Assembly (NCBI GenBank): GCA_951406725.2
Contig: OX597819.1
Span: 23,746,001-23,810,000 of the forward strand
DNA: 64,000 nt
Direction of reading: 5' to 3'
Source of the DNA: Octopus vulgaris
Lineage: Eukaryota
Positions 53,776-64,000 of the stretch are shown here, piece after piece (position 1 is the stretch's first letter; the number at the start of each line of letters is the position of its first letter). Position numbers and translations under genes: made by a program. The notes beneath the pieces were generated by a model, which made no database searches, was not told where the DNA came from, and was given only the letters and a program-made list of their open reading frames with translations.

Positions 53776-54170
53776 AGGAGTGGCTGTGTGGTAAGTAGCT
53801 TGCTTACGAACCACATGGTTCCGGGTTCAATCCCACTGCATGACGCCTTGGGTAAGTGTCTTCTACTATAGCCTCGAGCCGACCAAAGCCTTGTGAGTGG
53901 ATTTGCTAAACGGAAACTGAAAGAAGCCCGTCGTATATATGTATATATATACATGTATGTGTGTGTGTGTGAGTGTTTGTTACCCCAACATCGCTTGACA
54001 ACCGATGCTGGTGTGTTTGCATCCCCGTAACTTGGCGGTTTGGCAAAAGAGACCGACAGAATAAGTACTAGGCTTACAAAGAATAAGTCCTGGGGTCGAT
54101 TTCTTCGACTAAAGGCGGTGCTCCAGCATGGCCGTAGTCAAATGCCTGAAACAATTAAAATAGTAAAAGA
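53776..54170 (+). mobile_element. SINE family B, full length
   Basis: A-box tggctgtgtgg, B-box gggttcaatcc, internal (TA)/(TG) tract, tail ..gcggtgctccagcatggccg..tgaaaca. Confidence 0.9.
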
Positions 54171-54959
54171 GAGATATATGCACACACACACACAACACTC
54201 GCACCACAATACATACACTTACACGCGTACATACTCTTATACTCGTTCTAGGTTCGATTCCAAAGAGGCGTACCTGAAATAAAGTAGAACCACAGCCGAA
54301 GCTTTGTGAATATAATAGGATCTTTATCTTTTATTTTGCATTTTTCTTTTTTCAGGTATTGTACTGCGGCCATGCTGGGGTACCACCTTGAAGGATTTGT
54401 GGATCAAATCGTTTGGTAATTATTCTATCGATCTTTATTGCCGAGCCACTAAGTTACGAGGAAGTGAACAATCCAATAGAGTTGTCAAGCGTTGGTGGGG
54501 AAAAAACATGCACACACACACACACACATATATACACACACACATGCATTCATACATAATACACATACATGCATACATACATACGCACATACATTAATAT
54601 ATATATATACATATATATACATTCATACATGCATAAATATATACATATACATATATATACATACATATATATGTGTGTGTGTGTGTGTTTGTGTGTTTTT
54701 CGTGTGTGTGCGTATGGGTGTGTGTGTTGGTCTTCCATCACCGCTTGACATCCGGTATTGGTGTGTTTACGTCCCCGTAACTTAGCGGTTCAACAAAAGA
54801 GACACCGATAGAATAAGTACTAGGCTTAAAAAATAATTCATGGGGTCGATTTGTTCGGTTAAAACTCTTCGAGGCGGTGCTCCATCCAGCATGCCCATAG
54901 CCCAATGATTGAATCAAGTACTAGAATAAAAGAATACAAATGCGACGGGATTCCATAGG

Positions 54960-55187
54960 TTAAAGTAAAGGGTTATCTTCTCGAGCCATACTGATTCCTA
55001 AGGGCCGGTTTCCCATATATCCTCCCCTTCTGATCGGGAGGCCGCTCCATCGCAGGGTTACCCGTCTTTGCCACGTGAAATGAAGTGTTTTGCTCAAGAA
55101 CACAACACGTCACTCGGTCCAGGAATCGAAACCACAATCTTACGATCATGAGTTCAACACCCTTACCACTAAGCCACGATCCTTCAC
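54960..55187 (-). mobile_element. SINE with head H2 and a different body Y, ctttacttta tail
   Basis: Head like 49890-50023, followed by accctgcgatgga.. instead of body X. Confidence 0.7.
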
Positions 55188-55743
55188 AACGGGATTTCAT
55201 CCGATTTCCGTCAACCAAATTCACTTTCAAGTGGTCAGTTCAGGGTTGTAATAGAAGGCATTTGACTAAGGTGCCGAGATGGAAAACTGAACTCGAAACA
55301 GCTTGATTACAAATCCATTCCTGAAATTGTGCAGAAGCTCGGATGTTAGAATCTACTTATGTTTCAGGGGTTGACTTAATCTATCACTCTGCATAGCTCT
55401 ACTGCTTAAGCGTTCTTTGACTTTAATGGAGACAATTCTGCTGAAGGCCGCTTGAGACTACGTCCCTGGATTAGAGGCGACGCAATCTTTAATTGCTCTG
55501 ATTATTACTGCAGTACTTCCTTGACTTAGGGCTTGCTTCCTTTCATTCCACATCAACCTCAGGGGTCATGTTAACAGGTCATGAGGGCGTGTTTTTCATC
55601 TTCAAGTTCCTCTGGCTATGGTCAGTGAAAATGTGCACAGTGATGCACACAAATATATAACACATCAGATACACACATTAATATATTCATACACATGCGC
55701 ACACACTAAAGCGAAAGACAACAGATTAGAAGTATACACACAC

Positions 55744-55825
<82 letters not shown>

Positions 55826-55847
55826 CATATATATATATATATCCTTC

Positions 55848-56338
<491 letters not shown>

Positions 56339-56545
56339 TTTGTAGATAGATAGATAGATATATAGATAGATAGATTGATAAATAGATAGATAGATAGATA
56401 AATAGATAAATATTCCTATATGTGTGGTGCGCGCGCGTGAGTGCGTGTGTGTGTGTACATATAGACATAAAATGTGTGTGTGTGTGTATGTGTGTAGAAA
56501 GAGATGGCTAGACAGACAGACAGACAGATAGGAAGATAGAATGGT

Positions 56546-56582
<37 letters not shown>

Positions 56583-57107
56583 CAGACACACACTCGCACA
56601 AAACATCTCATATACTTACTTATACACGAGTTCATGCAACGAAACCCAATCTACAGTCCACCATTAATACAAAGGTGTAATTGATATATCACAAAACACA
56701 GGCCTCTTCCTTATCTCATAATGGATCTATCCTCTCGTTATTTTTCCATCAACTCATTTTCGCTATCCACCCACGATGTCCACATTCACAGGTGGCGGAG
56801 CGTTCTTACTGGGTGGGAACGATGGAAAGAGGGAATTTGTGTGTGGTTATATTTTTAATCGTATTTTTTATACGTTTTCCGAAACACGCATAAACACACT
56901 ACATACGTACATACATACATACATACATACATACAACATACATACATACGTACAAATATATGTGTCTGTATGTGTGTGTGTGTGTGTATGTATGTATATG
57001 TGTGCATGTGTTTGTGCGTGTGTGTGTGTGCATGTATTTGCACGTGTGTATGTGTGTGTGTGCATCCATATCTGTGTGCCTGTGTGCCTGTGTTTGGCCC
57101 CCAAGCG

Positions 57108-57609
57108 GAGGCAAAGTCGACCTCGGCGGAATTTGAACTCAGAACGTAGCGGCAGACGAAATACCACTAAGCATATCGCCCGGCGTGCTAACGTTTCTGC
57201 CAGCTCGCCGCCTTAACAGCATTTCTTTCTTCCAGCTCTTACGTTCTGAGTTCAAATTCTGCCGAGGTCGATTTTACCTTCCATCTTTTAGGGCTCCATA
57301 AAATAAGCACCAGTTGAGCACTGGGGTCGATGTAATCGATTTACACTTTCCCCCACCCAAATTGCTGACCTTGTGTCTATAATAGGAAGAGTTGTTATTA
57401 TTGTTGTTGTTGTTATCGTCGTCGTTGTTGTTAGCATGCTTAGAGGTATATCACCTGTCGCTTCGTTCTCAGTTCAAATTCCGCCGAGGTCGACTTTGCC
57501 TTTCATCCTTTCGGGGTCGATAAATTAAGTACCAGTAAAACACTGATGTCGATATAATCGGCTTAACCCCTCCCCTCAAAATGTCTGCCCTTGTGGCAAA
57601 AATTGAAAC

Positions 57610-57654
<45 letters not shown>

Positions 57655-58310
57655 CATTATTATTATTATTGTAGTTGTTGTTAAGGCGGCCAACTGGCAG
57701 AAGCGTTAGCACGCCGGGCGAAATGCTTTGCAGTATTTCGTCTGCCGTTACGTTCTGAGTTCAAATTCCGCCGAGGTCGACTTTGCCTTTCATCCTTTCG
57801 GAGTCGATAAATTAAGCACCAGTTACGCACTGGGGTCGATGTAATCGACTTAATACATATGTCTGTCCTTGTTTGTCCCCTCTATGTTTAGCCCCTTGTT
57901 GGTAATAAAGAAATAGGTATTTCACCAGTCGCTATGTTCCCAGATCAAATTTAAAAGAGGTGGACTTGCCTTTCATTCTTTCGGGATCCTTAAATTAAGT
58001 ACCAGTTGAGTACTGGGGTTGCTGTAAACGACTAGCCCCTTCCTTCAAAATTTCAGGCCTTATGGCATTATTATTATTATTATTGTAGTTGCTGTGGATG
58101 TTAGGGTGGCGAACTGGCAGAATCGTTAGCACGCTGGACGAAATGCTTACCCGTATTTCACCAGTCGCTACGTTCTCGTTTCAAATTCCGCCAAGGTCAA
58201 CTTTGCCTTTTATCATTTCGGGTTCTATAAAACTGATTACGGGGTGTCGATGTAATCGACTATCCTCTTACCCCAAATTTCAGGCCTTATACCTTTAGTA
58301 GAAAGGATTA
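57108..58310. mobile_element. Cluster of six SINE family A units (first on minus, others on plus; dimer junction at 57915/57916)
   Basis: Repeated ttcaaattccgccgaggtcgactttgcc cores. Confidence 0.9.
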
Positions 58311-59342
58311 CTATTATTTTGTTATCATTCCTCTACATTCTTTTATTGTTGTCTTCATTTCTCACCGAACTCAAACAGCCACCTAGAACAGTTGTCCGAT
58401 CACCTCCCGGTTTGAATTACTGATATCTAACTGAACCCACTGCTCTCTGACGTCATAACTTTTATGGTGCCTACAGTTCTTCTTGCTTTTCGTACTTCCC
58501 ATACAAAGACGGCTTAAACAAGGTCGTATCATTTGCTATTTTGGACGATCTGCACCAGTTAGTCTACCAGTAAATGAATAACGTAACACCAACTCCCTGA
58601 ACACTCTTTACCTTTTTCTTACCTCTAAAACTAGCCTTCATCTTTATCTCTGCTTCATTTGATAGTCTGATCGCTACCTAATAATCAGATCCACCCTTTT
58701 ACATCCTTCTACCGTGACCATTCCATCTTTTTTTCTCTCTAGCTCTCAAACCCCCTGGAACTTTCAAGCCATTTAAATGATTAGAGTTTCGCTAATTTAT
58801 ACTGTTTATTCTTGGCATAAGATGTGATTCACCTCTAGTTTCATCTTCCTAGGTATGTATCTCCACATGCTTCTCGCAGCCAAAGCCCTCAATACCAGCA
58901 GACTTTTCTTTGATGTAGCTTCAATGCGTTGACCATCTGCTTGTGTGGAATTACGCTGCTTATAGAAACATCTTCATATATGGTTTTTATTTTCTGTAAA
59001 TATGTTTTTCAAAATGTTTGGACTAAAATTCTTGTCTGTAGACAATATCAAGAAAACTCGAAATAAAGAAAAAAAAAAACATTGTAGTCAAAGTAAAAAA
59101 GAAAAACTGTAAATGAAACTGAGATAATTAAACTAAAGGCAAAGAAAGAGGTGGAGGGAAAGTGTGGTACTAGTAAATCGAAAGGACAGATATAAACATT
59201 GGAACATCATTATGAAGCCGGTAGCCTAAAGTCTTAACCAGAAATCGCCAACTTTAGACAACTCCCGTCCTCTTTCTCCGTCCCTACCCTTATCCTTTCT
59301 CTCTCTCCCACCCCCGCCCCTTTCTCTCACTAGATGTTCATA

Positions 59343-59376
<34 letters not shown>

Positions 59377-59388
59377 CAGACATATGCA

Positions 59389-59461
59389 ATCACGCACTTA
59401 TATACTCGCACGTATGTATACTTATATGCGTACGTACATACGTATAGATATGCGTACGTCC

Positions 59462-59501
<40 letters not shown>

Positions 59502-59572
59502 GGACGTACGCATATTTACACGTATGTACGTACGCATATAAGTATACATACGTGCGAGTGTATAAGTGCGTG

Positions 59573-59574
<2 letters not shown>
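59389..59574. repeat. 186-bp near-perfect palindrome centred on (TA)n
   Basis: Arms of ~75 bp with 3 mismatches. Confidence 0.9.
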
Positions 59575-59644
<70 letters not shown>

Positions 59645-61827
59645 AAGGTGATATCTGGAAAAGAATGATTATAGTTTAAGACTGGTGTGGTGTGTGTTTG
59701 TGACGGTGTTGGTTGATTAGGACGCAAAGGAAGCTCAGCCGCTGTGATTCTATTGTATTCTTGCATCTCCTGTAGTGTCGTCTGTATTGTTTTTGTATTA
59801 GGATATGGTGAATGCATTGAAGGCTCACCACCTAATGATAACGACTGGAAATTGATTAAGGAGACATGGCGGGGATATGTAGTAAGACAGGGCAGTTGGT
59901 AAGATTACTGGTGCTTTGTATGGATATGTTGATAATGTAAATCGCTTATGCTATTGCTTATTTTTGAATCCTGAATATTTTTAATGACTTAGAAGAGGAT
60001 ACGCCGCAGTGTTCGTGACCTTTTGTCGGAGCCTTTACGATTGGCGGACGGATCGGAGGAAGTTATCTTCAGCATGTAGATCAGGTTCGAATACTTTCAA
60101 CGGAGTAGACTTAGGTAGTTGTGCTAAACCTGGTGACGGATTAAACTACCACTCTAGAATAGGAATAATTCCGGCAAATGTCGTATACAGTTTTCGTCTC
60201 TCAAACTTCATCTACAAAACTTTGGTTGTATGGTACAAGACACTTATCCAAAATAAGCACAATAACATCGAACCTAAAATCACGTAGTTGTGAATTTTTT
60301 TTTTAACCACACAGCTGTATTTCTTCTGTCTGTTGCCATTATATTATTCGGATCTCACTTCTTGTATCTATACCCTTGTTGAAAACAATTATATAGATTA
60401 TAAAGCTTCCACCATGTTTTGGTTTGGTTTGCTTTAAGGAAACTTATTCTGGAATCTACTGCTTATGCCGTATTTTTGTTTCTCGAACCATGGCTATGTA
60501 AATTACGTGGGAAGAAGTGATGAAAGTTTTCACTTCCCTCAAAATGCACTTCAAGTTGTTTGCGTGGTGCTGTATCTTCTTTAATTATTGCTATTGCTAT
60601 TGTTATTGCTCATCTCCATATCATTCTTGTGCAGACTTGTGGTCAAAGGCGTTCAAGCCATTAGCATCCTGTCTGATTTTCAGGCACAGTTTATCGAAGA
60701 TTATGCTGTCTAATATGTCTTTCTCGATTTAAGAGTTCCTATGTTGTAGCCTGTTGCTCAACTTCAGATAAGCTCAGATCAATTAAATCTATGATCAAAA
60801 GTGTGTAGAAAATAAATGCATAGATGTACAAATATAGCCACAAGTTCAGTGATTGTATTTTTATATGTTCTAGAGTTTATGTTTACTTTTTCTATATGTA
60901 GTGTAGAAACCTTTTCAATCTAAGCAGTGGAACAATTAGTTGTGAAATTAAAGTAGGCAGCAGTTCAGAGAAATATAAACAACAGTTTATATTTCAGCTC
61001 GAAAGGGCAAGATACATACAATATGTTCGTAGAAATGAGCTAAAAATGTTGGTCTATCAATGCTCATTAAGAGATTCATGTGTAGAAGATGTATTATATC
61101 GGACGTTTATGAACTATAGTTCCTGATTTGAAGTGGCACGAAAAAAAGGAGAGAAATAGACCTACTTTTAAGAAAACTGGAAGAAAAAAAAATTGCTACT
61201 TTAGGTATTTGTTCAGTTAAGCATGTGTTTAGTACTGGAACGAGCTGAGGGGGCAGCTCCTTTGGTAGGGATATTTTATTGCTGCAATGACTGAAGAAGT
61301 ATGTGTAAGCGTAAGCTGCAATTGCTTGTTGCTTGCAACAGCTGTTTAAGCTGCAATGGATTGCAACAATAGTTTAAAATGCATTAGCCTGACATAATAA
61401 ACTGTGCATCCATTTATATTATAAATATTCATGCAAATTGTCGAAGCTGCGTTGTCTGTGCAAAGAAATAAAAATGCGTAGGATGTAAAATTTGAATCAA
61501 ACTATAGTTAGTTGTTGTCTGGTGTTATGATCGTGATGCGAAACGAACATAGTCATAAAAATAATTACCGATAATGTTTTGCAGTGCTGTTGGTTAGTAT
61601 GACATTGAGAACTGGTGATAATAATGCCCGAATGAAAGATACTTTTCTCTACCAATCATGTGATTGTTAGTTGCCAATCTGTAGAGTGGTTAAAGAGTAA
61701 TTTGTTACTTTCTTTTATTGTATTCTTTACCGAGGACAATCCAGTGCCTGAGAAACAACTGAAGAAAGCGATTAAGAAGATAGTCATGGCAACTGAAGCA
61801 AGTTGAAGTTGAGTATGGTTGACAAGA

Positions 61828-62153
61828 TCGATTCCCAGACCGGGCGTTGTGAGTGTTAATTGAGCGGAAACACCTAAAAGCTCCACGAGGCTCCGGCAGG
61901 GGATGGTGGTGATCCCTGCTGTACTCTTTCACCACAACTTTCTCTCACTCTTACTTCCTGTTTCTGTTGTACCTGTATTTCAAAAGGGTCAGGCCTTGTC
62001 ACTCTCTGTGTCACGCTGAATATCCCCGAGAACTACGTTAAGGGTGCACGTGTCTGTAGAGTGCTCAGCCACTTACACGTTAATTTCACGAGCAGGCTGT
62101 TCCGTTGATTCGGATCAACCGGAACCCTCATCGTCGTAACCGACGGAGTGCTT
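61828..62153 (+). mobile_element. SINE family C, 5'-truncated, with TSD
   Basis: ggttgacaaga at 61817-61827 and 62158-62168 (11-bp target-site duplication). Confidence 0.92.
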
Positions 62154-62662
62154 AAGAGGTTGACAAGAAAATGCAAATAGAAGCGAAACACAGGACAAGG
62201 CTAATTCAGTTCTTGCTGTCCCACTTAGACGAAGTGTAGAGGCTGAGGGGCAAAACGCTTGGGACCCTGAGATACCCGCTGATGATAAAGGACTTTCGAC
62301 ATTGCGATGGATCCAAAAGATGCGCTTGCAATACCTCTGAGTAGCTCCTGCAGATTTTCTGTGAAGGGCAAAGCATCTCTGATGTTTATTTCACCTATAC
62401 TTAGAAGAGTCCATAGTCTGTGTAGGTCGATTTCTTATTTAATCATGACTTTCGTGGTGGTAAGGAAATGTTCAATATAATGACGGCAATGGACGGTTTG
62501 AAAGAGAGAAGTAACATTTTGATTTTGAGAGCATGTCGAAAAGAATCCTTCAGTGTCTCTCGCAAGAAGAGTAGCAATTGTCACTGCAGCAGCATTAGTA
62601 AAACCAGTTGAGGCAGTAGTAAAAGCGATGGTAGTTGTAGTTTCTGTAAGAATAGAAATAAT

Positions 62663-62904
62663 ATTCTTTTATTCTTTTATTTGTTTCAGTCATTTGACTG
62701 CGGCCATGCTGGAGCACCGTCTGTAGTCGAACATATCGGCCCCAGGTCTTATTCCTTGTAAGCCTAGTACTTATTCTATTGGTCACTTTTGCCGAACCGC
62801 TAAGTTACGGGGACGTAAACTCACCAACATCAGTTGTCAAGCAATGGTGTGTGTGTGTGTGTGTGGGGGGGGGGAACACAAGCACACAAACATATACATA
62901 TACA

Positions 62905-62974
<70 letters not shown>

Positions 62975-62975
62975 C

Positions 62976-63013
<38 letters not shown>

Positions 63014-63168
63014 GACGGGCTTTCAGTCTCCGTCTACCAAGTCCACTCACAAGGTTTTGGTCGGTCCGATGCTATAGTAGGAGATACATGTCCAAAGTAC
63101 CACAAAATTGGATTGAACCCGGAACCATGCGGTTGGTAAGCAAACTACTTACCACACAGCCACTCCTA
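62663..63168 (-). mobile_element. SINE family B with internal (TCTA)n(CA)n
   Basis: Reverse complement of full-length family B. Confidence 0.88.
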
Positions 63169-63382
63169 CACTAGTACACTTATGAAAGATTTATTCGCAC
63201 AGAAGTACGTATAACGAATATTAGATCGACGCACTGCGTCTATTCATACAGTGTAGCAGTAGTACTCTTACGAAAAGGTTTTATGAACATATAACAACAA
63301 CAACAACAACAGCCGTAGTAGAACCAACATTAATAACAATAACAATAATAATATCAGCACCAATATTAATATTAGCAATAAC

Positions 63383-63464
<82 letters not shown>

Positions 63465-63942
63465 TGAATAATATTAAACAAAAGAATAACAATAGTATGA
63501 AGACAAATAAAAAAAAATCCACTCCTTTCGTTCCCATCCCTTCAGTAAGAACAAAACCAAAAGAGGAACTGAAGGATACAATAGCGAATTACATTGGAAA
63601 TGAAGAAGTGGCGTTCCAGTGGGGACTGAATAAATATACCCAGAAGGGTAGTTAAGCTCACTAGTTCAAGATGGGGCTTGAACTGAAGAATAGTTTTAAT
63701 ATATCCGTTTCACAACGTAACAGAAGAAATAATGGAGGTGGGGGGATGAGAAAGGGGAGGAGGAGGAGGAGGTGAAGAAGAGAAGGGGGTGTACAATAAT
63801 GCAATGGTATCAATGACATAAAGAATGCGTTTTCTTTATTAATAGGTTTAGTTCCCTTCTTCCGTCTTCTTTCCCTTTTCTCACCCTCTGTCACTCTCAC
63901 AAATATACATTCAGATCCATATGTGTATGAGTGAATGAATAT

Positions 63943-64000
63943 TGGCTGCGTGGTAAGTAGCTTGCTTATGAACCACATGGTTCCGGGTTCAGTTCGTGGA
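63943..64000 (+). mobile_element. SINE family B head (runs off the window)
   Basis: tggctgcgtggtaagtagcttgcttatgaaccacatggttccgggttcag. Confidence 0.8.

Overview
Eukaryotic, AT-rich, extremely microsatellite-dense non-coding DNA (intron or intergenic). The repeat repertoire looks like an octopus/coleoid cephalopod genome; that is my inference, not a database result. Almost all listed ORFs are microsatellite artefacts. Real coding remnants are four restriction-like-endonuclease (RLE) LINE 3' fragments, one R4/Dong-type RT fragment, a CR1-type 3' end and three mariner remnants. There is one candidate 105-bp host exon (48583-48687, minus strand). The window also carries three tRNA-derived SINE families (A, B, C), a (TAA)n-associated ~530-bp non-coding element (D), a hAT MITE and Helitron pieces. 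The most interesting signal is a set of short non-coding repeats, mostly next to (TA)n, that carry minimal type-I hammerhead ribozymes of the Penelope/retrozyme kind. These include a tandem canonical pair (51994-52231) and two families whose catalytic core has compensatory swaps of the C3-G8 tertiary pair: U3-A8 at 28004-28046 and G3-C8 at 49500-49550 and 2944-2990. A CUGANGA motif search would miss both. A possible non-canonically permuted hammerhead lies at 50821-50891. Retroelements also appear to partition microsatellite targets: (TAA)n, (CATA)n and (TA)n. Coordinates were counted by eye, and the edges of degenerate repeats are approximate.
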